A stretch of DNA of 62,448 nucleotides, counting the filler. It is 4 parts of 4 records of this genome, joined end to end, with 100 filler letters (N's around TTAATTAATTAA, not from the genome) between each part and the next. Parts side by side here need not be neighbours in the genome. Positions count along the whole stretch, not along the records: positions 30,937 to 49,991 come from SRR22947725_2362; 3 more parts are not named here. One strand, written 5' to 3'. A model generated the notes under the pieces. It was not told the DNA's origin, did not search any database, and saw nothing but the letters and a program-made list of their open reading frames with translations. Made by a program: the position numbers and the translations under genes. Shown in pieces: positions 39,682-48,196 of the stretch. Each line of letters begins with the position of its first letter. Positions within the stretch are counted from its first letter, which is position 1.

Positions 39682-39954
39682 ATGATTAAATTAAAAGGAA
39701 CAGAATTTCAAATAGCTGTTTGGAAAGAACTCCTTAAAATTCCAAAAGGCAAAACTAAAACTTATAAAGAAATTGCTGTCGCAATTGGAAGGCCAAAAAG
39801 CTCCAGAGCAGTTGCTAATGCTTGTGCACAAAATCCATATGCACCAGATGTTCCATGTCATAGAGTAGTTCGCTCTGATGGGTCTCTTGGGGGATACAGT
39901 GCTGAAGGAGGGATTGAGCGTAAACGCCAACTATTAGAAATGGAATCAATGTAA
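39682..39954 (+). CDS. ogt: Methylated-DNA-protein-cysteine methyltransferase, C-terminal domain only
   Basis: GTEFQ..VW, IPKG, RAVANAC..NP, PCHRVV active site. Confidence 0.9.
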   Translation: MIKLKGTEFQIAVWKELLKIPKGKTKTYKEIAVAIGRPKSSRAVANACAQNPYAPDVPCHRVVRSDGSLGGYSAEGGIERKRQLLEMESM

Positions 39955-39987
39955 ATCAAATTTGTAGATTTACTTTAAGACAGTATT

Positions 39988-40083
39988 TTATTTTTTAAAT
40001 AGTTGATATACGATAATTGGAATAACAATTAGCATAATCTCCCAGGTGTCCCATATCAGCTCTAGTTCCTCAATAAAGTTCAT
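39988..40083 (-). CDS. Putative 31-aa membrane microprotein
   Basis: MNFIEELELIWDTWEIMLIVIPIIVYQLFKK; ATG overlaps the upstream stop (TAATG). Absent from the ORF track. Confidence 0.5.
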   Translation of the reverse strand: MNFIEELELIWDTWEIMLIVIPIIVYQLFKK

Positions 40084-40265
40084 TACCATTTTTTTAGTAA
40101 TAATTTTTTTCCAAACAGTATCCACCAAAAAAATATCATCCAAAATATCGGGAAAACTATAGATTCCTGTATCTCGAAAAGACTTAATATTCTCTCAATA
40201 CTTAAAAGGCATATGATGAAAAGTCCAATAACAGACAAATACGTTAAATTTAGTGATTTTCTCAT
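40083..40265 (-). CDS. Small hypothetical two-TM membrane protein
   Basis: Two hydrophobic stretches and a basic C-terminus; TATTAT lies 7 nt upstream of ATG 40265. Confidence 0.6.
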   Translation of the reverse strand: MRKSLNLTYLSVIGLFIICLLSIERILSLFEIQESIVFPIFWMIFFWWILFGKKLLLKKW

Positions 40266-40286
40266 CACTTTTATAATAATGGAGTA

Positions 40287-41162
40287 CTAAAGAGTTATCC
40301 CAAATTGTTTCTTAACACTAATACTTATTAAGTAAAAAGAGCTTGAACAAAGTATGAATCCAAAAGTTGGAGGCATAAGGTTCCATAAATTTGTACCACC
40401 AAGATAGCTTCCATAGGTAATTGCATCATAGATCATCATTCCCCAGTTTGGGGTCCAGCCCACTTGTCCAAAAAAGGATGCAAAACCATAAGCCACGATT
40501 CCACTTGTTGTAACTGAGAGCATAAGAGCCACAGAGTATGGAATTATTAAGGGGAGGATATGCTTTAATGCAATTTGAAGCTCACTTGCACCGATAACCC
40601 TTGATGCATTCAAAAACTCAGAGTTAATGAGTTCTTTTACTCTTGTACTAATCACTAAATAACATACACCAAGTCCTCCAAGTAATCCGTAGATGAGACC
40701 CACTACTTCTGGACTAAGTTTTTCTAAAAAATCACCCGTACCGAGAATCAGCAACACAATGGGTGGTGAGATTAAGACTAATCCTGAAGAGAACTCTCTT
40801 AATAAAAGATCAAATCGCTTAAAGAGAAATGGAATGAAAGTTCCAACTATTAAGCTTGAAATTAAGCCGGTAATAAATGAGACAATAGAAAGTTTTATTA
40901 ACGGTTCCGACCCTGCTAAAAACATACTCAGAACATCTCTTCCTAGAGGATCTGTTCCTAACAAATGGGTACCGGAGGGAGTAACTGGATGTGGGAATAC
41001 TGATAAATCAAAGCCCACAATTGGATCGTAAACATTTACTGGCCATATAGTTTTCAATAACAATATATGCGCTACGGATCCGGTCATCAGTAATAGTAAA
41101 AAGAAATATCCTAGTTTTCCGTGATATGTTTTGTAGGTGCTTCTAAGAATCAATTTAAACAT
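40287..41162 (-). CDS. Peptide/nickel ABC permease (OppC/DppC-like)
   Basis: HLLGTDPLGRDVLS, EFLNASRVIGAS EAA-like loop, HILP, PNWGMMI. Confidence 0.88.
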   Translation of the reverse strand: MFKLILRSTYKTYHGKLGYFFLLLLMTGSVAHILLLKTIWPVNVYDPIVGFDLSVFPHPVTPSGTHLLGTDPLGRDVLSMFLAGSEPLIKLSIVSFITGLISSLIVGTFIPFLFKRFDLLLREFSSGLVLISPPIVLLILGTGDFLEKLSPEVVGLIYGLLGGLGVCYLVISTRVKELINSEFLNASRVIGASELQIALKHILPLIIPYSVALMLSVTTSGIVAYGFASFFGQVGWTPNWGMMIYDAITYGSYLGGTNLWNLMPPTFGFILCSSSFYLISISVKKQFGITL

Positions 41163-42294
41163 TTTGAGTACTCCTCAATTGAGGATTAAAGATTACCTGT
41201 GAAAATGTAATAATAAGACGCAATGTAGCTGTAAGAATTGCCAAGAGGAACAAAATAGCCATAGCCGCATTTGAGTCCTGGCTCATAATAGCCCTATAAA
41301 GCATTGACCCCATGCCACCCCAGCCAGTAGTAGATTCAACAATCACTAAAGAGGCCACAGTGTAAGGGAGGTTAATCGCAATTCTTGTTGCAAAAGGAAA
41401 AAATGAATTTCTTATAATGTGATCTTTAAATATTTTCTGGTTTGAATAACCTATCGCCGCGGCAGTCATGATGTGATCTTCTTTAGAGATGTTTTGCACA
41501 ATAATGTTATTAAATAATATGAACTCCCCAATAAGCAAAATAGTAAGTATGCCAATGGTTATAAATGCATTTTTTGAGTAGTAGAGCATAGTTACTATTT
41601 CTTTGGTTTCAAAGAAGAGTAAAACAAGCAGTAGTAATCCAGTTGCAAGAAGAATTTTCTGTTTTGGAATTGTGATCATTGTAATTATTTCAAAAAAACT
41701 AACAATGATGAATGAACAAGCAATCGCAAAAACGAGATATCCTAAACCTAGCTTTATTTCACTGAAAAGAAGGATTTCACTAGACGTGCCTGTAATTTCA
41801 AACTTTTCAAATAAACTTCTAAAAATATTTTCAAGTCGCTCACTAATTAAGAAATATATGATTGGAGGAAACAGGCTGATTAAAAGTATGCCAAAAACAT
41901 CACTGAATATTTTCTCTTTACCCAAGCGCTTAACTTTTGTTTTTAATGCAGGAATCCTTGAGAGGTAAATAGAGATGATAAAAGATGGTAGAAGTATATG
42001 TAGTGTTGGTAAAACAGTATCAAGGACAGTCTTACTGGAGCGTTGTCTAAACCCACCTGGAGTAATTTCACCGCTAAAAACACTTTGTATCCATCGATAA
42101 TATTGTTGTATTAAGGGATCACTTGCCCCTAAAGTTTCTCTCAACGCATCTAACTCTTCTTGTGACATCATTAAACGAAGTGGGGTTAAGAAATCACCTG
42201 GTATCAATATGTTTATTCCGTAGAACATAATGAGTAGAAAAATAAATATTGAGACTATAGAGGTAAGTAAATTACGAAGAAAAAATTTCAACAC
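41155..42294 (-). CDS. Peptide/nickel ABC permease (OppB/DppB-like, divergent)
   Basis: IPGD, DPLIQQY..W, EDHIMTAAAIG...HIIRNS, IVESTTGWGGMG. Confidence 0.82.
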   Translation of the reverse strand: MLKFFLRNLLTSIVSIFIFLLIMFYGINILIPGDFLTPLRLMMSQEELDALRETLGASDPLIQQYYRWIQSVFSGEITPGGFRQRSSKTVLDTVLPTLHILLPSFIISIYLSRIPALKTKVKRLGKEKIFSDVFGILLISLFPPIIYFLISERLENIFRSLFEKFEITGTSSEILLFSEIKLGLGYLVFAIACSFIIVSFFEIITMITIPKQKILLATGLLLLVLLFFETKEIVTMLYYSKNAFITIGILTILLIGEFILFNNIIVQNISKEDHIMTAAAIGYSNQKIFKDHIIRNSFFPFATRIAINLPYTVASLVIVESTTGWGGMGSMLYRAIMSQDSNAAMAILFLLAILTATLRLIITFSQVIFNPQLRSTQNV

Positions 42295-42367
42295 TTAAAT
42301 AGTTTACTTCAAAAGTATATTTCACGACTCAACTCTAAGCTTTTCATCCGAAGTATCATAGTTAAAT

Positions 42368-43756
42368 ATGTACTTTTTTGAAATAGTAATAATTTTTCTC
42401 TCAGTTATATGCTTATTTTTAACTCGTTTTTCCGTAACAACTCAAAGAGTATTATTAAGTACCTTTTTAATAACAATTATTAGTCAACTTATTTTTGTTG
42501 GCTTGAGGTGGCAGTACTACCTAATTTATCTGTTCTTTATTTTAAAGTCAATATCTGCTTTGTTTGACTTTAAAAGCAGTAAAAAATTTCTAAGAGTAAT
42601 TATTTCAATAAAAAGTTTTACACTAGTTCTGGTTTCCGCTGGGTTGTTATATATTTTTCCTGTACCAAGTTTCTCTGCAGGTGAGGATACTCAATATGCA
42701 GTTGGTTACGCAGAAGATCATCTTGTCTCTGAACAAAGGAAAAATCCTACTGCGTTCATTGAGTTAAGCAATCTTCAAGAAAATACATCTAGAGAGTTAT
42801 TAGTCGATATTTACTACCCAAGCTTGGAAACTGCTTCATTTAATCAAATTGTTAAATCTAATGAAGGCAACTGGGGAGAGTACATTGTTAATTATTTAAA
42901 TAGAACCTGGGAGTTAAGCTTGCCAAAGTTCATTCTAAGTCATTTAAAACTTTCAAGTTTCGAGGTAGAAACTGGACTTAGACCAGTAGAGGACAGCAAG
43001 TTTCCCATAGTAATCTACTCTCACGGTTGGGCTGGGGAAAAAATATTTGCTTCTGATCAGTTGATACATCTTGCAGCAAAAGGATATGTCGTTATTTCAG
43101 TTGATCATACTGGACTTGCGATGTTTACTGACTTACCTTCTGGCATAATCTTGAACACTGGTTCAACCGAAAACTCAACAAGCATTACTAGTGTCATGAC
43201 CGAAATGGCATTAGATATCGAAGAGACCATTTCATATTATGAAAGTTTTTCTTCAGATTCAGATATTGCCACTATTGTAAAGAACTCTGCAGATTTCACA
43301 GACGTATCAATTATCGGTCACTCCACTGGTGGTGGAGCAGCAGTTTTGTATTGTGAGCTAAATACTTGTAGGACCTCCGTACTTCAAGATCCATTTCTTA
43401 CACCCTTTATTTATGATGCTCGGGAGATAAATTTACGAAATAAAACAGCTGTCATTTACAGCGAAGACTGGTATAACGGTTATCTCGATAGCAAAGAGTT
43501 AACTGAGATAGAGGTCTTTAATACAGTTTTAAAAATTAAAGATGTTGAAATTGACGGATATTACATGAAGGATGCGAGACATTATGATTTTGTCGCTTTT
43601 GGTTCTATAAGTCCACTTGCAAAATACAGCTTTCTAAAGGGTTCTATTGAATATGCAGATTCTTTAAGCGTAAATAATTATTTTAATAGCATAGTTATCG
43701 GGGGCGGCATTCCAGATGAAAGTTATTCAGAATATTTAGTTTCTATTAAAAAATAA
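42368..43756 (+). CDS. Membrane-anchored alpha/beta hydrolase (PAF-acetylhydrolase-like)
   Basis: N-terminal TMs, RELLVDIYYP, FPIVIYSHG, GYVVISVDH, GHSTGG, HYDF. Confidence 0.82.
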   Translation: MYFFEIVIIFLSVICLFLTRFSVTTQRVLLSTFLITIISQLIFVGLRWQYYLIYLFFILKSISALFDFKSSKKFLRVIISIKSFTLVLVSAGLLYIFPVPSFSAGEDTQYAVGYAEDHLVSEQRKNPTAFIELSNLQENTSRELLVDIYYPSLETASFNQIVKSNEGNWGEYIVNYLNRTWELSLPKFILSHLKLSSFEVETGLRPVEDSKFPIVIYSHGWAGEKIFASDQLIHLAAKGYVVISVDHTGLAMFTDLPSGIILNTGSTENSTSITSVMTEMALDIEETISYYESFSSDSDIATIVKNSADFTDVSIIGHSTGGGAAVLYCELNTCRTSVLQDPFLTPFIYDAREINLRNKTAVIYSEDWYNGYLDSKELTEIEVFNTVLKIKDVEIDGYYMKDARHYDFVAFGSISPLAKYSFLKGSIEYADSLSVNNYFNSIVIGGGIPDESYSEYLVSIKK

Positions 43757-43864
43757 TTACTCAAAGTGATAAAGATACTAAACCAAAAAATAATGGTATT
43801 AAGAGTAAAAAACCAAGCAGTATAATTCTTTTTGCATTCATAGAAAAAGTGTATCATTGAATTT

Positions 43865-44020
43865 ATGAATGATAAAAAATTCTTCATAATATCTGTAGCA
43901 TTTCTTGTCACAATAGTTATTACAGCATTAACAGTTTTTGACTATGTTTCCATGGGTCTTTCCTTCATGGCCATGGCTTTTTGCTACTGGTATATGAGAA
44001 CAAGATCTCCACAGTCATAA
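43865..44020 (+). CDS. Putative 51-aa two-TM microprotein
   Basis: MNDKKFFIISVAFLVTIVITALTVFDYVSMGLSFMAMAFCYWYMRTRSPQS; stops 1 nt before the next GTG; TATCAT lies 7 nt upstream. Confidence 0.6.
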   Translation: MNDKKFFIISVAFLVTIVITALTVFDYVSMGLSFMAMAFCYWYMRTRSPQS

Positions 44021-44021
44021 A

Positions 44022-44957
44022 GTGAGATATTACCAACCATTATTACAATACTTTATTTGCTTACTCATCCTGATTACTTATACATCATTTGTGGAGATTG
44101 CATTTATTAACCTTTTAGTTCAAGCAATTTTATTCACAATCGTTGTATGCATTCCGATCTACAAAACAGGACGAATGAGTTATGTAGATATTGCTTGGCC
44201 ATGGGGATTAGTTCTTTTAGGAATAATTAGTTTTATTTTTAGTGATGGTTACTGGGTTAGATCGTTACTAGTTAGCGGAATGGTAATTCTTGTTGGCCTC
44301 AGAATGGGATTGGGTGCAGTCAAAATGTGGAGATCAGGATATTTAGAAAAAGAATTATCACGTTATGAATATCAACATATTCGTTGGAAAAAGAAAGGCA
44401 AAGATAACACACAGCTTGCCCTTCAGGTAGATGCGATTTCTCAGGGTCTAGCTAATGCATCTTTTCTAGCATTGCCTATTTTTATCACCGCGACAAATAC
44501 ACAACAGTCATTTGGCCCAGTAGAAATACTAGGTATCGGCATTTGGGGAGTTGCTTTACTTATGGAGTCAATAGCTGACTTTCAGAAACTAGCTTTTCTC
44601 AAAAGAATGAAAAAAGAAGAGAAGCGTAATCAAGTCTGTAATGTTGGCTTATGGAAATATTCAAGACATCCAAATTATTTTGCTGAATGGATGGTATGGA
44701 ATGGCCTTGTCATTACGGCTCTTCCATCATGGCTTGCACTAAAAGATATACAATCAGAAATTTTTAATGATCAAGTCGATCAGATTCTTTGGTTACTGTT
44801 AGGAGCAGGTCTAATCTATGTCTCAAGAATGATGTATCTTACTCTCGTCTATGCAACTGGGGCTATTCCTGCAGAACATTATTCTGCCCAGAAAAGACCT
44901 GGGTATAAAGACTATCAAAAAACAACGAATAGATTTTTCCCAGGACCTCCTAAGTAA
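44022..44957 (+). CDS. DUF1295 / steroid 5-alpha-reductase-like membrane protein
   Basis: VDIAW, ESIADFQK, GLWKYSRHPNYFAEW, Y..YQKTTNRFFP. Confidence 0.9.
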   Translation: MRYYQPLLQYFICLLILITYTSFVEIAFINLLVQAILFTIVVCIPIYKTGRMSYVDIAWPWGLVLLGIISFIFSDGYWVRSLLVSGMVILVGLRMGLGAVKMWRSGYLEKELSRYEYQHIRWKKKGKDNTQLALQVDAISQGLANASFLALPIFITATNTQQSFGPVEILGIGIWGVALLMESIADFQKLAFLKRMKKEEKRNQVCNVGLWKYSRHPNYFAEWMVWNGLVITALPSWLALKDIQSEIFNDQVDQILWLLLGAGLIYVSRMMYLTLVYATGAIPAEHYSAQKRPGYKDYQKTTNRFFPGPPK

Positions 44958-45082
44958 AAAAAAGAGTTGGTGTAGATACTACAAGGGTATGCACAGGGTA
45001 AGCAGTACCTACATTTAACCAACATCTTTTGTGACTGGTGAGCATTGAAAGTACTAAATAAATTTATGTTCATCCAACGCTC
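44956..45082 (-). ncRNA. Candidate structured ncRNA (two hairpins plus U-tract)
   Basis: Hairpin at 45040-45082, long hairpin at about 44960-45030, then poly-U on the minus strand, inside a 178-bp spacer. No known family recognised. Confidence 0.4.
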
Positions 45083-45135
45083 TAAGTTAAGTATTGCATC
45101 GACCTAAGACAGAAATTTTTAATGGAAAGCAGATT

Positions 45136-46080
45136 TTAAAGTAACTCTACCGCCTGCTTAATAACCTCTATTGTTTCATTACGCTGATCTTCTTCTAGTG
45201 ACAATAACTGCAGATAAACAGCCTCAATTCCAACTTCCTGCCACATAGATAAAGTTGTGGCTACTTCATCAGGGGTACCGTAGAGATAGTTTTTCTCTTT
45301 CCATGTAGTAGCTATCTCTTCTTCAGTTTGTGCTAGGGCTTTAGCCGCAGCAGTTACTGATTCTCCAACACGTTCTTTTGTTAAACCTACGACTGGAGGA
45401 CAGGCTGTAGTAATTTCTAATGTCGAGGCATCTCTACCATTTTCAGCTGCAACTTCTTTAAACAAAGAGATGCTATTAACTAATGTCTCTTTAGGTCCAG
45501 CGTATATATTGAACTCTTCCGAATACTTTCCAGCAAGGGTAGGGGTTTTCAGTTTTCCTCCACCACCAATAATGATAGGTATGTCTTGTAGGGTTGCTGG
45601 CTCAACAGGAAACTGTTCAAGCTGATAGTACTCACCCTGAAATCCTTTATCATTTCCAGAAAGAGCTTCTCTGATATAAATGAGTGACTCTTCAAGCATT
45701 TCAAATCGAGTTTTTAAATCTGGGAATGGTATGCCGTAGAGATCATGTTCAATTTCTAGCCATCCTGTGCCAACACCTAATCGAAATCTACCTTTTGCCA
45801 TGTCATTTATCGTTGAGGCCATTTTGACAAGTACGCTTGGGTGTCTGAAAGTTATCGGTGATACAAGTATGGAGTACACCATTTTCTCCGTATCTCTTAC
45901 TAAACCAGCACTTGCGGTTAGTAAATCTAGAGCTGGAGTCCCATCATTTTTATTATGTCGTTGTTTCCCAACTATATAATGATCAGGAAGACCGATTCTT
46001 TCGATGTCATTTAATTCTGACCATTTAGAAAGTGAAAGGAGGGTCTCATAACTTCCTCGTGCCTGTAGGAATAATTTCAT
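45136..46080 (-). CDS. LLM-class flavin (probably F420)-dependent oxidoreductase
   Basis: PDHY, LVSPITFRHP, GRFRLGVGTGW...EH..YG, FQGEYY, IIIGGGG. Confidence 0.88.
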   Translation of the reverse strand: MKLFLQARGSYETLLSLSKWSELNDIERIGLPDHYIVGKQRHNKNDGTPALDLLTASAGLVRDTEKMVYSILVSPITFRHPSVLVKMASTINDMAKGRFRLGVGTGWLEIEHDLYGIPFPDLKTRFEMLEESLIYIREALSGNDKGFQGEYYQLEQFPVEPATLQDIPIIIGGGGKLKTPTLAGKYSEEFNIYAGPKETLVNSISLFKEVAAENGRDASTLEITTACPPVVGLTKERVGESVTAAAKALAQTEEEIATTWKEKNYLYGTPDEVATTLSMWQEVGIEAVYLQLLSLEEDQRNETIEVIKQAVELL

Positions 46081-46259
46081 ACTTTTAGACTAGCTGTTAT
46101 GTACCAAAAATGAGGAACATCAAACCAACACCACTTGCTAGTACAACCATAATCATCAAAGCATTTATATGTTTTAGAGTTTTTCCAGTCAATGTTTAAA
46201 ACATTTAGAGCAATAGATAAAAATAAGGCTAGATAAATGACTACTTCTGAGATTTCCAT
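46077..46259 (-). CDS. Small hypothetical membrane protein, Cys/Trp-rich
   Basis: 60 aa; N-terminal TM; ATGA overlap with the LLM gene; starts 4 nt after the upstream stop. Confidence 0.5.
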   Translation of the reverse strand: MEISEVVIYLALFLSIALNVLNIDWKNSKTYKCFDDYGCTSKWCWFDVPHFWYITASLKV

Positions 46260-46263
46260 ATTG

Positions 46264-46830
46264 CTAGTTTAGTCTGAAAATTTTCTCAATTAAATCATAA
46301 GCTTTGTCTTCAACAGTCTCTAGTTTTGTAAATAAGTCAGAGTTAACTTTTCCTTCTTCTTTCCAGACTGGAACCATGGCATTCCAAATACCTTCACCTT
46401 TTAATCGTGAGTAGAGAGATGCGCCAATATGAGTAATAATAACTAAATAACTTAGTGATGCTGAAAATTCATGTAGCCCTATGGCTATCCCCATTCCTCT
46501 CATGTCAAAAGAAATGAGTGCCGCAATTACTAGACCCGTAGTTGGTAACATTATCAAACTAAAATATACGAGTTGGTGTACAGTTTTTGCAATAAACAAA
46601 TGTCCTTTTCTCATCTCTTCATGTGCACCAAGAAGGGTTGGAGTTCCTCGCATATAAAAGTATCGAATTAAAACAATCACTAAGAATGCGATAGCGAATA
46701 CAATTTCAAAATTTAGAAGAGAGGTGTCTTCTAAATCCTCTAGATCATCAACTTGTTTAAATATGCCATAAGCGTACAGCACTGTAAATGTCCAGTGAGT
46801 AAATTTTGAGATAGTTGTATGAGTATTCAC
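46264..46830 (-). CDS. Cytochrome b561 / Ni-hydrogenase cytochrome b-like membrane protein
   Basis: SKFTHW, AKTVH, HE, THIGASL in TM helices; GTG 46830 is the likelier start than 46956. Confidence 0.75.
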   Translation of the reverse strand: MNTHTTISKFTHWTFTVLYAYGIFKQVDDLEDLEDTSLLNFEIVFAIAFLVIVLIRYFYMRGTPTLLGAHEEMRKGHLFIAKTVHQLVYFSLIMLPTTGLVIAALISFDMRGMGIAIGLHEFSASLSYLVIITHIGASLYSRLKGEGIWNAMVPVWKEEGKVNSDLFTKLETVEDKAYDLIEKIFRLN

Positions 46831-46900
46831 AGAATATAATTTAGCAAATCTATAAACAAATGAATAGATTGAAAAAATATAAATGTAGTATTGATAAATC

Positions 46901-47161
46901 ATGTTTGATATTGAATTAAATATAAAAACAATTCCGCAGGTAGTTGAGTTGTCCAAAGAAGATTTACTTAATGTAGTTGATGGTTGGTCTATTTCAAAAT
47001 TAGAAGGTATGTGGAAGGGTATTTCAGAGGATTCTGTTGAACTTCAAATAGTCTGCAATGTCGATAAATCAAAAGAAATTGTAAATATAATTTTATCTAA
47101 AGCAAAAGAACTTAACCAAGATTCCATCATGGTAGGTAATACATTTATATCTTGTAAATAA
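46901..47161 (+). CDS. Hypothetical 86-aa protein, DUF3574/SAM-lyase-like motif pattern
   Basis: DGWSISKLEGMWKG.SEDS and KELNQDSIMV. The ORF looks real; the family call is tentative. Confidence 0.6.
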   Translation: MFDIELNIKTIPQVVELSKEDLLNVVDGWSISKLEGMWKGISEDSVELQIVCNVDKSKEIVNIILSKAKELNQDSIMVGNTFISCK

Positions 47162-47190
47162 ATAAGACAATTGATCCAAAGAGATACCTT

Positions 47191-47631
47191 TTATTTATAT
47201 CGCTCATAACATTCAATATAAACTTTTGGTGTAATTGTTTTTACAACTTTAGATACAGTCTTTTCAGGAAATAACTCTACTTTTTTAAAACGTAAACACG
47301 ACTTACCCATATCTAATTTTCCTACTTCATCTATTACATCTTTAGAAAAGGACTCATACAACTCTTTGTCACAATAAACACCATGTAAATAGAGTGCAAA
47401 ATGATGCTTCTGTGCTGCTAAAGACATCACACTTAAAGGTTTCTTGTTGTATGTTTTTGGATAGGTTGAAAGAGGTAGTTCATAGTTAATCATTCCCCAG
47501 TCCATCGTTTCTTTTATTCCTTTTGGTAGATTCTCAAGAATTAATTTTCGTACATATCTGATCACTTTTGCTTTTTCACTTTCGAGTTCATTTATGTATT
47601 GTTGAACTGTTGTCGCTGAAGAACTAACCAT
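47191..47631 (-). CDS. DUF1801 (YdhG-like) domain protein
   Basis: TVQQYI, LPKGIKETMDWGMINY, YNKKPL, LAAQK, LDMGKSCLRF. Confidence 0.85.
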   Translation of the reverse strand: MVSSSATTVQQYINELESEKAKVIRYVRKLILENLPKGIKETMDWGMINYELPLSTYPKTYNKKPLSVMSLAAQKHHFALYLHGVYCDKELYESFSKDVIDEVGKLDMGKSCLRFKKVELFPEKTVSKVVKTITPKVYIECYERYK

Positions 47632-47788
47632 TTTTATTAACCAAACTAATAAAACCTAAGACAGAACTTGAAATGAATGAAAATAAAAAGAAATAATTTA
47701 CAAAAATATTAGAGTTTTCAAATACATACATCAAAGGGTAAGAGGTGTATGCTGTTGCAAAATATAGAAGGGTTTTATTTATTTGCAA
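47624..47788 (-). CDS. Putative 54-aa hydrophobic microprotein
   Basis: TTG start 3 nt after the DsrE stop; MQINKTLLYFATAYTSYPLMYVFENSNIFVNYFFLFSFISSSVLGFISLVNKNG; overlaps the DUF1801 start by 8 nt. Confidence 0.45.
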   Translation of the reverse strand: MQINKTLLYFATAYTSYPLMYVFENSNIFVNYFFLFSFISSSVLGFISLVNKNG

Positions 47789-47791
47789 TTT

Positions 47792-48154
47792 TTAATAAAT
47801 GAGAACTCTGTCTGCTTCAAAAGTTAACTCAACTAACTTATTAGGAGTTGCAGGCGTAAAGCCTAGCTCTTCTAATTGTTCTTTTGTAATACCACGAGCG
47901 GCAGCTGATTTTCCAGATGCATATAAATGTGCACCCTTTTCCTTTAGTACTACAAGATGATCTTCAAGAGTTCCTAATCCAACTCCCTGCATTTCTTGAG
48001 TGGTTATTTCATGGAGACTTGTTACTCCATCTCCCGCGCAGAAAATAGTGACTTCATTACCATCTTCAATAGCAGATTTTGCGACTAAAAATCCTAAGAC
48101 TGCACGACTTGGATTTTCAACTCCTGTAATTATATGTACCAACAATTTATTCAT
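47792..48154 (-). CDS. DsrE/DsrF-like family protein
   Basis: LLVHIITGVENPSRA, VTIFCAGDGV, AAARGI, LVELTFEADRVL. Confidence 0.8.
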   Translation of the reverse strand: MNKLLVHIITGVENPSRAVLGFLVAKSAIEDGNEVTIFCAGDGVTSLHEITTQEMQGVGLGTLEDHLVVLKEKGAHLYASGKSAAARGITKEQLEELGFTPATPNKLVELTFEADRVLIY

Positions 48155-48196
48155 ACCTCAATATTAAAACTAAAGACTCGATAATATCTATTAGTT

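Noticed and set aside
39682..39954. Alkyltransferase-like (Atl) protein or truncated pseudogene
   Set aside because: The PCHRV catalytic Cys is intact and the ORF is clean; short single-domain MGMTs are common.
46831..46956. Longer N-terminus of the cytochrome b ORF given in the track
   Set aside because: It overlaps the divergent 46901 gene and is low-complexity; GTG 46830 has a -10 box at the leaderless spacing.
45102..47666. 13-bp match ACCTAAGACAGAA at about 45102 and 47654
   Set aside because: A 13-mer pair is expected by chance in about 19 kb of AT-rich DNA; no flanking similarity or element structure.
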